From Trichoplax adhaerens (lineage: Eukaryota; Animalia; Placozoa), in assembly GCF_000150275.1 (NCBI RefSeq), contig NW_002060981.1, positions 186,001 to 250,000 of the forward strand: a DNA stretch of 64,000 nucleotides. Direction: 5' to 3'. Within the stretch, counting starts at the first letter, position 1. Every line of letters begins with the position of its first letter. A program made the position numbers and the translations under genes. Shown here in pieces: positions 27,011-41,700 of this stretch. The notes beneath the pieces were generated by a model. It was given only the letters and a program-made list of their open reading frames with translations, had not been told where the DNA came from and made no database searches.

Positions 27011-27458
27011 TGATTAGTCCGACCCAACGATACCACGGTAATCAATTTTCTACTCTTGCAATTCCTTAGGATTGAATTTATGAACTTAATATGCGGTGTG
27101 AAGAATCACTTGGGTACCACCATTCTACTACGCAGTAGACTGTTCCGCCACTGCAGAACACACTCGCAAATTGAGCATCCAGCAAAAAATAATAAGGAGG
27201 ATTTTTGTTTTTGCTTTTATTTATATTATTTTAAGGATAACTTCCTTTTATGAGGATGTTACAGCGTTGTCGTTGATCTTGTGATGAAGGTATAGGGGGA
27301 AAAGATGGAATTGCATTGGAGAGATTTTACCTTGATGGAACACTTTTGAATTTTCTGGCCAACAAATTGCAAGATCATCTTGGAAGAACCAGGATGATCA
27401 ACTATTCGACATAACTAATCGAAATTTTACACAACTCTGGATTTGCCATTTGAAAGAA

Positions 27459-29133
27459 ATGAGACGCCACGGATTTGTTTTCATCGATCGTATCATCCAT
27501 TTTGCAACTAATTTTATACACAGTATATGGCGTAGTAGTAGTGCAGCATTGTTGCTGCTTCTGTTGGCTTATTGGTTTTATGGTGACTTTACAATATTTC
27601 TCCTCCTTTGCTTAGCTATACTGGGTACATTATATCAATATCAGGATTCGTTACTTTATTACCCTGATCAACCTTCATCATCGCGTATGTTTGTCCAGCA
27701 GCCTTATACAATTGGGTTACCATCTGAAAATTTATATCTCAGGACTGCTGATGGTGTTCGTATTAATGCAGTTTTCATTAAACAACCGCCGGTACGGTTG
27801 CCTTTTGCGCCGACCATTATGTTTATCCATGGCAACGCTGGCAATATTGGCCATCGATTGCCATTTGCTAGGGAATTATATCATCATTGTGGAGTCAATG
27901 TCATGCTGTTAGAATATCGAGGTTATGGTAAAAGTGATGGAGTACCAAGTGAAAATGGTAAGTTGGCGCTTAGTCGACAGCCTACAGCATCATACCAGCA
28001 ACCAGATTCTATGTAGATTAAGAATGTGTACTCGTTTGTAATAGGATTGATGACAAGTAGTTTACTTTAGATACATTACTCGGCTAATAGTCATGTAGCC
28101 CGAAAAAGATGAATTATTAGTTACTCAAAATGACAACTAAAATGCACATTATGGTGCTTTATGTATTGCTTTATTGAAATTGGCGATATTTTACTTTGAC
28201 ACTTAGGCCTAAAGTTAGATGCTCGAGCAGGACTTGAATATCTTCGCGACAGAACTGATATTGACGCTAGCATGATTATAGTCTTTGGAAGATCACTTGG
28301 TGGTGCTGTGGGTATTGATTTAGCTTGTCAGCAATTGTATACGGATGCTATACGTGGATTAATAGTAGAGAATAGTTTCACAAGTATCCCTGCAATGGGT
28401 GAAGTATTATTTAGTGCATTACGTTTGCTCCCCATGTTTTGCTTCCGAAATAAGGTATTTAGTATAATGCATTACAACACTATTTCCACTATTAAATGGA
28501 TAATAGGCAATACGTATAATGTTAGAATAGATTGTATTAATTTTATCTTTACTTTCATGTGGACACTAGTTCAATTCCAAGAGTATCGTAAAAAGTGTAC
28601 GTGTGCCTACGTTATTCTTGTCTGGTTTATCTGACGAATTAGTACCACCACGGATGATGACAGAACTTTGCAACGTAAGTCATGCAACGTTTACTAGCTA
28701 TTGTAACGTGCATTTCTCGTACCCTTAAGTGTCTCTATCATTTGTGATTACCTTTTGTCATAAACTAGTCTTTGTTGTGATTGTGGTATTATTCAATCTG
28801 TCGCAGAAATCCGGTGCAATCTTTAAAAGGATTGTAAGATTCGAGAATGGTTCGCATAATGGCACTTGGCTTTGTCCTGATTATTACAAGTGTATCAGTT
28901 TCTTTATAGCTCAGGTGATTACAACATGGATGTATTATATCGTGATTAATCTTGCTTCTTCACTATTTCATTATTATTTTTGATATGAACCTTTCCGTGT
29001 AAGATTTTAATCCACTGTGTCGCCTTAGCTATTACAGATGAAATCCACTCGACCTAACCGAAAAAGTGGTTCTACAAAAAAGAGAAGCAATAATGTTATC
29101 GATATGGAAAAAGTAATGATCAATGATGTGTAG
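27459..29133 (+). CDS. ABHD13: Alpha/beta hydrolase domain-containing protein 13 (5 coding exons)
   Basis: Exons 27459-27957, 28207-28454, 28570-28674, 28807-28914, 29038-29133 splice in frame. N-terminal TM, QDSLLYYP, HGNAGNIGHRL, YRGYGKSDGVPSENG, nucleophile GRSLGG, SDELVP (Asp) and GSHN (His). Confidence 0.92.
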
Positions 29134-31271
29134 ACATTTCCAGTGTGACGCTGCAGTGGCTACAGTTATTTGATTACACTTCTCGTCATAATATTGGCTT
29201 ACGTGCCATTAATTATATCTTTGCTTTAGCTTTAGCAAACTGATAGATATCTGTTAGTAGAATATTGGATTAGTCCCTTAGAATCGAGTCAGTGGCAGAG
29301 GTATCACTATCGACTGGTAGCTACAGCGCAACCTTTTCATGAACGATATTATTCTGCATCAATAATTCAAGATACTGTACTATATGGTAACTAAAAACTC
29401 AATGTTGATCATAGGAGTTCAATGCTGATACTGGAACTGCAGGTGAATTGTAAGCGTAAGTAGTTGTTTCGATTATTTATTGCGGGTAGTACATAATAGA
29501 ATGTATCACTTTGCACTCCCTTTCTGTAATGTAATTGCAAGTAACGCTAACTGCACACTTGCTAATAATCTTTGCATTTAGGTCTAGTAGGATGTTATAT
29601 ATTATAATTTAAGATATGGTGTATATTGCCGACATTCGCACAGAAACTGTTACTGATTTATTCAATTATGTTTTTAAGATTTTCGTTACTATAATAAAAT
29701 GCTATGAACTTGATGTATCGTTTTTGTTGTGGGTATTATGTTTTAGTTGATAAAGGAGCTACTGGTTCTTATAACATGATTGCAAAACAACTAACATCTT
29801 GAAATCTTCAGTTAAATCATCACAGAAATTTGGATTTTGCTCTCGAATTAGGATATACATCCATACATAGTATAGATCATTGACCTTAAACAGACCTATG
29901 TACTGTACAATGTTATAGAAAATGCCACACGATGTCTAGGCTGCAGCTGTGATACATCATCGAATGTCTTTCCTGAAAATGAATGACAGCTGTAAAATAA
30001 CCATTGCAAAGTCACAGTTTCATCACATGATGGTTCGAATTTAATTCGTACGGTACCCCATGCCTGCTTGGGAATACAAGGAGATATCTTAGGAGTTACG
30101 GTCCTTCATAACATAGAAAATTGTATTTAAATCCTGAGTTCATCACTGTTTGTTCGCATTATCTACTCAATCTATAACTTTATCACATATTACAGGAGTT
30201 GAATTCTAAAGCTTTAGTGGCACCATAGTACAATTTAAGCCTTCCAGTTGCGAAAATGATATACTACTGCACAACATTAGTCGAAGAATAAAGAAAGTCA
30301 ATAATCTAATTTATATCATACTCAACACTTATTAGAATTATAAGTTAAAAGCTGACAACATGCATTGCAAGAATTATTCAAATTTCATTAGCTTGTTGTC
30401 ATCGCTCATTCAGTACTAAGTTTATAAAATATTGCAATTTCTTGTGTTAGAGAAGTTACTCTATCTTCTCGATTGATTTCTAAATTTATTAGCTAGGTTA
30501 TCATGATTCATCTGGTCTGAGATCGCCACATATTGTGCAATCGCATGCTGATTTCGATTATTAAAATATTGCCTCTATAGTAGTCCGTAGTTAATGTATA
30601 TATGCAATGTTATTAATCAAAGCTGATATTTATTGCAAAGTCAACATAAAATAACCTTTAATTTAACATTTGTGGACATCTTCAGTCAACATTCAAATTC
30701 TTAAATTAAGAAATATTTTCATTTATAAAAATACGAGCTTTGCTTCAAAGAAAAAGAAATTGAAAGACGATTATTAGCATAGCATTGCTACAATTGCTTG
30801 TCAGCTATCTACTAACTTTAAAGGTGATCAGACGAAATTCTGACGGATAAATGCTTTTCATAATATTAATAGCTTTGGTATATGCTAAATCTAAGATAGC
30901 AAGAAGATGATAACTTGAGTCAGATTAAAAATTTCGACTATTTATAGCAATTAATGACTGCTAATTGTGTGGAGCAATTGCAACTCTCATTCATAGCGGT
31001 AATGGATTAAATAATATTCATAGTGTAAACTGACTTGGTTTATTTCATCTCAACTATATATATTTAAGAAGCACTGAATATTTTGTCAAAAATATTACAA
31101 TTAAAAAAAAGTGATTCGTTACGATTAGTGACATAACATATCATATATTTAGTAGCTGTAAATAAATTAATTTAATCAAGAATGTTATAGCTCATTCCTT
31201 TTATTTATTATAGATATAGTATATCTTCTAAAGTCATAGATATACTTTATTGCTGTAGAATGTTAGCTGTA

Positions 31272-34200
31272 TTAATACGGTGGTGGTTGAGTTTGAGGAA
31301 TATTCGGTAGCTGTATGTTTTGGCTCCCAACAGTTGTCGTTTTAAATGCTGAATTTGGATGAAAAACATTCGAGTTATGATTTTGCATTGTAACACTTGA
31401 AGCATAACTTGGAGGAGGTTCATTTGAGTAACTAGGTGGTATAGCTGTCGCTTGTTGATTCGTTTGCTGAAGTAGCTCTAGCATTGATTGTTGGGTTGAG
31501 ATTGCTTGAATATTATTTCGTGTGGCCTGTTAAAGAAAAAGGTGTTATTATTAAACTTCATAAAATTAAAATATTGCAAGGCGGGGTTAGGTGTTACCAT
31601 AATTACGATAGGAAGCAATTATAGGATGTAAAGCTTACATTTACAGCAGTTATGCTTTGTATGGTTTCACTGTATATCTTGCACAGTCTACCTGTCAGCA
31701 GTAAATTGAAAATTGCAAAAGCTATAGCTGCGGCCGAATATGGTACTGAGGCTGGATGTGCATATGTAGAAAGAGCAACTATGAACAGGATAATCATGAG
31801 TCCACTAAACATAACCGCTAAGATCGTCGTCGTGAGAAATAATTTTAACTGAAATGAGTAAAACATATATTAAATCAAAAAATGATCAATGAGGGAAAAC
31901 CTTTTAATACATATATCGGTACGCCTAAGGTCGTGTCTTTACGTATGGCTATCATATATCCATTAAAATTAAGACCAAATAATTTAAAATATAGTGCATT
32001 TCTATTTTTTGTCTGTAAAAATATTACTGTGACGATGTTTACTGATTTCAGGACAGTGCGTCTGATGGTATCATTTATGGTTAATATAATTTTTAAACAT
32101 TTGATGATATATCAATATTTTACATTTACAAACAGCAATTCGATAACCATTGATAACAAACTATAATTTACGTGATTGTAATCTTTGTGCTTATCTAATT
32201 GTGATATTTCTATAAAATGTGTACGAAAAGAACTGGTCTTTTGTCAGCAATATCATATATATCCATAAATTTTATCTCAGTATATTCAATTAAATAGTAA
32301 ATAGATTCGTATCACTATAATTAGGAGCTACTAAATAAGTAAGAAAGAAACGGGACTGCTACGGCCGTCAGTGCAAAATAATGAGGAGGCTTATCATTTT
32401 CCCGGTCATTCTAATATACGGTAAGAATGTAACCGTATACCATACTGTAAAAACCAACCTAGCAGCCAATTTGGATATCAATTGTAGATAGTATAGTGCG
32501 CCGTTACAGATATCTGATTCAATTGAAATGGTCAGTAAAACAACCAGCCTCCTCATTATTGATTGATATAGTCAACAACCGTTGATAGTCTCGTTTCTTT
32601 CTTCTTTTAGTAGTTCCTGCTATAACTGGCAGCATAACTGTAAGTGCCATGGGTCTATGACATATGGTGCTTTAGATGAAATTAGTAGCAATAACTTTAA
32701 ATTTCTGGTTGTTAGTATAACTATACCGATAGTTTTAATTAATACATTATATCAAGCTCTTAATATTATCCTAATGGCAACTAGCAATGCAGGGAAGTAA
32801 AGAATTTTTAGTCAAATTACAATGCACCAAACTTGGCTCACATTAATTGATTGTGGAGTAAGCTGTAGATTCAATATTGAGTTATAATCGGCTAATTAGT
32901 CATCGATAGAATAACAATTTTGATAGCTTACAAATTAAATAAATATCTGTCTAACATATAAGTTCAATAGGTACTATAATGGCAAAAGCGAAGGATAACA
33001 AAGAGCAACTATAATGACCAACAAGAGCGTAATCAAAAACGGTAGCAGCGAACCCTAATATTCTATAAATAAAATCATCAAGTTTTAATAAATTATACTT
33101 ACTAAAACATCATTTCTGGAATAAGACTTAATTAAAATGCCTAAACCGCCGGCTGCAATGACCTACATATATATGATTTATGCAAAGAAATATGTAACTT
33201 AGTTTGGAAAGATGAATTTTTAAACGTATACGTTGACGCAAGTATTTCGTTATAATATTGATGCAATAGCCTGCAAGCCTGGCGATAACCATAAGTATAA
33301 AATTAAGATAACTGATAAGCAGATCTAAAGGTAGCTAATTAGAATTCAGCATCTAAATGTTTACTACTTGAAGATAAATAAATTTACAATAATTATATAC
33401 GCATACATAAACATACAAATTCATGCTGTATTTATAGTATACATAAACTATAAATGGTAATATGTATAATTATTAGTGTTTCTGAAGTAACTCTAATCTG
33501 ATAATAAATCTTGGCCTAGTTTTCTAATTATTAAATTATTATTTATTGAAGTGACTAATAAGTTATAAGATGTATTATAAAATGAGAGTTTCAATAAATT
33601 AAAACTATTGATAATGTAAGTTAGCCTAGGATAGTATAAACTAATGATTAATAATGTAAATTTTTGTCGCAATTGAATCTTAGATGCCAATATTTGTGTT
33701 TCTTGCAGTAAAAATCATTGCGGTAGCAATTCTTTCCATGCTTTTATATTTTAATGTTTTTGCAGGTGTGACTTGAAAGATTTTAAAGTGTATATGATAT
33801 TACTACCACTTGACAAAGTATGCAACTGTGATCATCAAAGTTGAAAAAGGCGTATTCACGAGTAGCATGCGTATAACAGGTATACAGCGGGTTGAGAGGT
33901 TTCAATTTCGAATAATATAGTCATCATGAATTACTAGCATCTTCATTTAATTTTATGGAAAGAAACCATATTCGAAAACAAATTCGTTCCATGCCATTTT
34001 TTTTAATTACGGTAATACTCATAGTATGGGGAGAAACCGTATAGCAAGTGTGGAATAACAACCATCTCTAAAACTTCAAATTAATTCTTAAAGTTTAAAC
34101 CAAAAACTGATTTTTATCGTGATGACATCTTGAAATTCAATAGAGTTATGGTCAAAAAATAAAGATTAATCACCTTTATAACACTATTTCGCTATTTGTC

Positions 34201-35121
34201 GACCATCAGTATCGAGCAAATTATAGTGACTAACTCAGATGATCATCTTGTATCCCGTAGCTAATGAAATAATGCAGCTTTATTCTGAACCATACGAGTA
34301 TTAATTACATCTATACAGATGTAATTATTTCAGTAGCTCCAAATAAAATTCTCTCGTAATAATTAAAGATAAAAATTTTATGAGTATATTTATCAAATTG
34401 ATTCGAAGCAAAGCAAAATTATTCGTAGTTTTTCTATCTATATGATATTGAGAAAGGTATGAATTAATGGTTCATTTCTCTTTAATTTCCGAAAAGGATA
34501 GTATAGTCATTGATGAAGCATTAATTCTAATAGACTATAAATAAACATTTTGAATTTGATAATTATACTAAAATTAGAGACTTCAGTTATCTAAAAAATT
34601 TAATTTTAAGACAAGTTTATGGTAGAATTTACAATTGATATTTTATTCCATATACGCGTACAAGAGGCTGAGGACAGTACAACAAGGGTAAATATGGTGG
34701 CTATGATTAATAATTACGTTGTCCTTCAGCTCTAGTACGGAATATATTATTTTATAGTAATATTATGAATTGATATTAATTTTGCCTTAATACTGTAATA
34801 AGGCAATGATGTACTCAAAATGGAACTTACTATGTAACAGTAAATCTCGTCCTGGACAACAATAAGCAGTCATAACCTATACTTGTGTTTTAATTATACC
34901 ATACTGAAAATACTCTGATTACTTACAAAGATTGAGGTCCATATTCCGGTTCCAGCACTTGCAGCAAAATTACCGTAATTTACGGCTGCCCCGATAATTC
35001 CTGTAATAAATGTCGCTATGCCAGTTAAGATACATCCAACACAGATGTAATAAAATCGAACGATTTTAATACTAGCGGATGAAATTGGGTTATCAGGAGT
35101 AATGATTGTTGCTGCTGGCAT
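31272..35121 (-). CDS. MS4A/CD20-like four-transmembrane protein (~239 aa) with C-terminal PPxY motifs
   Basis: Exons 34927-35121, 33103-33162, 31639-31848, 31272-31526, all phase 0 and GT-AG. Four TM segments; TM2 GTGIWTSIFVIAAGGLGI resembles the MS4A TM2 GxxxWxxxxFIxSGxL pattern; tail has PPSY, PPPSY and terminal PPPY. Confidence 0.75.
32316..32624. mobile_element. Foldback / MITE-like element (~310 bp) in an intron of the MS4A-like gene
   Basis: 32323-32357 pairs imperfectly with 32587-32618; 32377-32391 (AATAATGAGGAGGCT) is the perfect reverse complement of 32546-32560; no coding capacity. Confidence 0.65.
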
Positions 35122-35689
35122 TATGGCTAATTTTAACGACTAATTTTAATGAATGCGTTTCAGTAAAATTGCTAACATTAAGGGTTTAATCGATCTATTT
35201 GTATTGATCTTTTCTGAAAGTAATAAAATTTGTTCGTGATTAATAGCTAGGAAATGTTTTAAGTTTTGTTTTAACGTTATACTGTAAATAATAATTAATG
35301 ATAGTGTTTGGAAGATATTAATACTATTATTGTAAGTTCAATCACACTTATAATTGACTTTAATTAGAGAACTTAATCCTAAGTTTACAGCATTATTTCG
35401 GACAAACATACATAGGGATATATTTATCAACGTAGTACAGTAATTTGAGATTGACAATATTATAAGAGAAATGTATGATTACCGTTTAATTAAAATGGTT
35501 TGTAGGCTTTTAATTACCTAATACGCTATCGTATCTTATCAGTAAAGTTTGTCAGTTAAGGTCTGAGATTGACAATAAGTTTTAATTATTCTCTATATCC
35601 TGAACGGGAAGCTAGGCGTGATAGTATTACATCATAGAATATACAGCAAGATTATTGTTAGGAAGATACAGTTCATGGAAGTAGAAATG

Positions 35690-35729
35690 GTAGCCATGAC
35701 AACTGACGTCACCATGATGACGTCAGTTG
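35690..35729. promoter_or_regulatory. RFX X-box-like site abutting two full CRE sites arranged as a perfect 12-bp inverted repeat
   Basis: GTAGCCATGACAAC (35690-35703) followed by CAACTGACGTCA-CCATGA-TGACGTCAGTTG (35700-35729), about 570 bp upstream of the MS4A-like ATG. Confidence 0.55.
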
Positions 35730-38700
35730 AAACTAGGAGAATTTATTTAATATATCATTTATTGAATCCTCAGATATCGAGTATATATATATATATATAC
35801 TGTGTATACAAGCATATATTGCGGCAATTTTAGAACGTAAAGGAAGAAAGGACTGAACAGATACGATTCGTAGTATCAAGTACCAAGTATACTTGAGAGC
35901 TATTTGTATGTATTAAAGGAAATTGAGAAGTGCATGTGAAAAATTTAGGTTAATGGCATTAAGTAGAAATGATACTGCCTTATAAATCTATATAATTTAC
36001 ATTATAGGATCTATCTAGACTACAAGATAAATATTTGGATTGCACCAGATCAGGCATGATATACTTTGTGTTTTAAGTATTTGCAGTACTAACTGTCACA
36101 ATAGTAAATTACCATAATGAGTATATTATAGGTTATGTTCATATTTCATTTCCTACAAGATCATGCGAAATGTCGAGGGCAGAAGCTAGTCATAACTACG
36201 ATCTCCTAAACTGTAATATTAGCAGATGATAGTATATTGAGTCATGAGTAGCTTCTTATTTAGATATAGGTAGATTGAAATATTAATTTTAAACTAGTCT
36301 AACAGAAGTTTCTCACTAGATTTATTGGCGCTAGAAAATTGGAAATATAACTTCTAAATTTGGATGAATTATTCTATGACGTCACAATATATGTTCTCTT
36401 CGATATCAATCTAGGTTTGATATTTTTGGCCAATAGTTGTATAAACGGAGCAAGTGCTTGCGCAAACTAAAAAATCTTGTATCCGGTATACTGCTAGTAT
36501 TTCCGCTTTAGGCTATTTAATACAGTATCCTCTAAGAGTTCTGTGGGTACTGTCTTAGGTCTACCTTCGATAAATCCAAATGCGAACTGAAAGATTTTCT
36601 TCAACCAGTACTACGCTGGCGTTGTAAAGAACTACTTCAAATTATAAGGCGAATTGAAGATCTCTTTTGCAGTTATTGTTATGGCAAATAGGATAGCAAA
36701 ATTCTTGTAGCAGAAATTCTCTTAGTCCTGACCTATTAATTATTAATCGAACCTTAGAAAATGGATCTTAATTAAGAATAGGTTTGATGTTATAAAGGTA
36801 TCAAGGCTAGATATAAACTTCCTATAAATCATCTTGCGGTAATAATGATAACTCAATTTGCTCCGATACGGGAAACACGAAAATGTTTATCATTCATTAA
36901 ACAGTTATGAGTATTAAATTGATATTATCAGTATTTCACATTAAGTAAACTATTAATATCGATGTCAAATAAGCTACCTTGTATAAACTCACACATCGAT
37001 AAAGCTGTTGAGCTGTAACCTACTTTAACTGCTACTTGCCGTTGTAGATAATCAGAAATACTTTAAATCTATTTTTTACATGCATAGAAGTTAGCGGTTT
37101 TGATTAACTAGAATCTAGCTTAAGAACTTTGTCTCGACGGTTAAAGGTCAATTTCTCAAATATATTATTTTGATTATTAGTATTTTTACTTAATCACGCT
37201 TACAATATGCTGATTACTGCGTGAATTTATTGATCACAGTAGCAAGATTCGCATTTAAAAATTGAATAGCATTTATATGAATATTAATAATACTTCGATA
37301 TGCTCTCTAGCAGCTAATAGTTGGCATAGAATGCAATAAATCTGATTTTAGTAGACCCAAGTATATGCGTATCTAATCACTAAATCAATGTGAAAGTGCC
37401 ACCAAGAAACAGATTAAGTAAAGAGTACATGGAATCAAGGAATCTGTTTGACACTTTGTGTGTATTTGTATCAATATTCAAGGTATTCGAACTCCGGAAT
37501 AAAGCTTAACATACTCGATTAGTCCTTAATAAAATGTATTTAAATTTATTTATTTAAAATATGTTACCAGTGATTTAATTATAGAGCTCATAAATTACGA
37601 TGATCTCATATTCCATCTAAATTCGAAGGTTAAATAAATGATTTAATTTTAATGTAAATCAGTTATTCTGGAGTAATTGGATTTATTTACTTCTTTTACA
37701 ATACTCTCTGCACTAATAAATAACTATAAGATTTAGTGCGGTCATAAGGTAATTCATTCTTTAATAGAAATTGAAAGCATTATTCTAATCCTAAGCTTAA
37801 GTGGTAGTATTACTAGTCTATAGCCCATAGGGTATTATTTAATTAAATCAATTTGTAGCAGTTAATGTCCATTATTTGTAATAAAAATCAATTGCTATCG
37901 AAATTATTATATTTACGGTGAATAAAACCTTTATATACCTATTCAGTAAGCTCTATCTGATTAACAGTAACCGTATTGCAAACGTCCTTTGTAACCGATC
38001 CGCAACAAATTTGTTAGTTAAATTAAAATGTGTGTTGAAGTGTCAATAGTAAAAAAACTTTGCATTTCCGTCTAAGCAAAGGTAAGAATATTTTATTTGC
38101 ATACAACTACTTCAACTGTAAAATTTTCATAATTAATTGTGCAGTTTGAAAGCATATAGATTATAATAGTTATCGTAGTCGTATGAAAAATTGCAAATTG
38201 GGATTATAATGCACGATAGTTGAAGTAATAAAAGTTATTTTCAATATATTATGTAACCTACTGGGGATTGAAGTAATTTCGTGTGTTGGGATTGTTAAAC
38301 GCTAGAAAAAAATCTTCGCTATCATTTATCCAAGTTATCATTTGTTAGTAACAGACTACAGTACTGTACAGTGATAATGAAGATGCTCGGTAGTTTGCCA
38401 CTATATATCTCGCTTATCTAGATGATGTATAGAAAAACGAACGTAGACAATCTTGCTGGTTCTAGCAGAATACTTGACTTCTTATTTCTAATTTGAAATT
38501 AATGATAAGTATTAGAATAGCAGGTAAAAATGTTGCTATATGCTCCTGCAATGAAATTATCGCCTCATAGTATATTCTCTACGTTGATATTAATGTTGCT
38601 TGAAAGTATCATGACATTCAAGAAATTTGATGTTAAGATTATTTAGCTGAAAGGTCTAAGTTTTAACTTACATTAGGCCCGCCATCTTTATTTTATGCAG

Positions 38701-41700
38701 CATGTACTTACGTAAAAGACAATACTTAATTAGGGAGACTCCTTCAGCGTATAAATGATAATCGTAATTCTAAAATTTTATGTTATTTACGTTCTCCAGT
38801 AAATAAAAACTACGAAAACATCTATTGCAAACTGATCCATAGCATGATCTACGAATGATTATACTTGCGTATGCAAATACTAACTGGTCTAGTTTAATAT
38901 CTATAATTAAGTAGATCTCTTCTTAAAAGGTACTCGTAATAAGCTATAATACCCGTATTATGAGTGTAATATGCCGATTCGTTTATAGACTTTAGCATTA
39001 GGTTACCCTAAACTTTATTTTCGTAGCCCTTCATAAGAATATAGCTTCCCTCTCTACGCAGTTAGTGTTGTTGTCATAATATATCTCCATAAAGAATTAA
39101 GTTCAAATTAATATGAATTTATTTAAGACAAATTTAAATATCAAGGTCTGTTTCATATATTACACGTATTGTATAGTTTTAGAAATTTACCGCACCGTAT
39201 TATGTAAAGTCGTAACATATCTGATCTTAGATTGTTTTTATTTGCTGGTTTCTATACTTTTATAATTGCGCTTTAGTCGCGTAAGAACGAATTAGCAGCA
39301 ACACTGATTAATTTTCGGTAGTAATACTTGAATTTTTTTTCTTCTCATTTGTAAGTTCTTTCATCGCTTGCGACTTTAAACAAGACATATTCTAGATTGA
39401 AGTCTTTTTTTATTTCATCTTTATGGATATTTCGTGTTTCATAAGAACTTACTATAATCCATAACTACTTGTTATACAGTTGTGAAATTGCAGTTAAAGT
39501 TTACTGTATTACTTTTTAAGTCCGCTTAAGTATGACATTAAGATTGGATGTTACGTATGATCTGATGTTAAAAGAATGAGTTTTAACCCCTATTGTGCCA
39601 TTTGTGAGTTCCAGTAGCCTTAATTCCTTCAAGACGGGACGTAAGACAAGAACTAATTAAGCATTATTGAATATTTTACTCATTAAATCTACTTGTCTAA
39701 TTGAATTTATCATATTGGTGTGTTATGATAGAATTTGTAGCAACTATCTATTTGACAGCTACGGATATGATTTAAAAACCATTCTGTAAAGTTATATTTA
39801 ATAGTAATAATTTCTATATTCAATGAAATTTACAGGTAATCGCTCTGAACTCTACTTAGTTTTAATGTAGCTACAGATACACCGTTACCGGAAGTGCTTG
39901 AAATCTGTAGATATTTGTTAATCGAAACTGACAGTATGATCCGCTTGTCATCGCTTCGTAGTAAAATTTCACTATAAATTCAATTTACTATTTATGGCGG
40001 CATTTATTAACGGATAAATTTTAATTTAATTAACTTTATTTTCGTAATGACTCCACATAAGGTAGAATTTTAAGTTGCCATTGATATCAGAAATCTAATT
40101 AATGGCGAAGCATTAGTTCAATTTCTCATAAAATCATTTAAAGTTATTAATTTCCGTATGCTTAAAGCTTTTTACATCAATTACTGGTGTTATTAAAAAT
40201 AAACCAGTAAAAATTTTCAACAACATACCGTAGAATATTAGTAGCTTAAAGTAATTTCTGGATATTATCAAACCTTATTGAATTTAGTTAATATACGGTA
40301 CAATATTACTTAGCTCTTAAATCCAGGATGTATACGAATACAGCTATACGTAATAGTCACTCGAATAATAATTACATAATTGAAATACGCTTAGCTTGGA
40401 AGGACTTTATTGTTGTTTAAGATTGTCAGCCGCATGGAAAATTGTATTACTTCAAGTAATGTGTTTAGATATATAATTAATGATATCGCGTAGACGTTTA
40501 CAATTTTAAAATTTCTTTATAATTAAATTAATTATCAGGATGACGTAAACTGATGTTTAATTCATTTATTGATAACGCCAAAGATAGAAAACTCAGATAA
40601 ATTTATTACTTAAAGTATGATATCAAATGACGTGAGATCCTAGTATGGCAGGCTTATTTGTTAGTTCTAATTATCAATATTGGAGACAATTTTGATACTT
40701 CACAATCGTACTTTACTGCTATGAGTTTCAACAATATTTGAACTGTCAGTATAATAACATTGTAAGACACTATCTTTAGATAAATAACACGTAAATATTA
40801 TATATTTAAAAGCAAAGATGATTGAAAGAGATTACAGAATAAATCGCATAGCAATGCTACTCCTACTCATCTGATGTGACATCTGGTTATACGGTCAATA
40901 GAATCATCGACATATCTACTATACCTACCTATTGAATTTTCACGTTGAAACCCTTAATCTTTACAACTTAATATTAAAATTTAACGATCGATACATTACC
41001 AAAAGAGCAGGAACACTATTGCAATAGATTACCCCGGTGGGACTTGTGCTTGCGTTTCTAGTGAATGATAGGTCCTATTAACATTAGATTAATGCTTATT
41101 ATAGCACGGATATCAATTATTGCTTATTGTAGCTAGCTCAGGTAAAGGTACATCCAATACCTGATACCCCATTCATCCCCTGTACCATTTGTTCTTTAAT
41201 CATGCGTTTACTACTAGTAATCGAATAATGCAGTTATGTAGCTAATACTTTTTATCATGTTGCGCAACGGCTGTGTATAAGTAGAATCGCATCCTGAAGC
41301 AGCTTTAGCTAATACTTTTGTTTCAATTATTCAATCGATTTCACTAAAATGTAAATGCAAACAATGTACTATTTCAAATTGTATTAAATTCTCATCATCA
41401 AAGGCAATATTATTAAAAAAGAGAGACTATTTTTAATAAGTTTGACATTTAAAATCGTAAGCTTCATCTTTTCCCAAATACGATACGGATAACGTACAAA
41501 AGTGTAAAAAATATGAAGTATCATTCAATGGAATAAAGAGTTTAGGCAGGAATCGCTATGTAAATCACAACTAATGCTATGATCTATGGGCTTGATAATT
41601 GGAATTAAATGTGTTCATACGAAGAAATGCTTATTAGCAGTATTAAACTGTACCTTTGCTCTTAAGTAAAATAGAGTAACATTATTGTAACAAAATTGAG

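Noticed and set aside
32932-33062. Hydrophobic alternative exon in the MS4A-like intron
   Set aside because: It would need a 40-nt intron, has the wrong phase and contains a stop before the next good donor.
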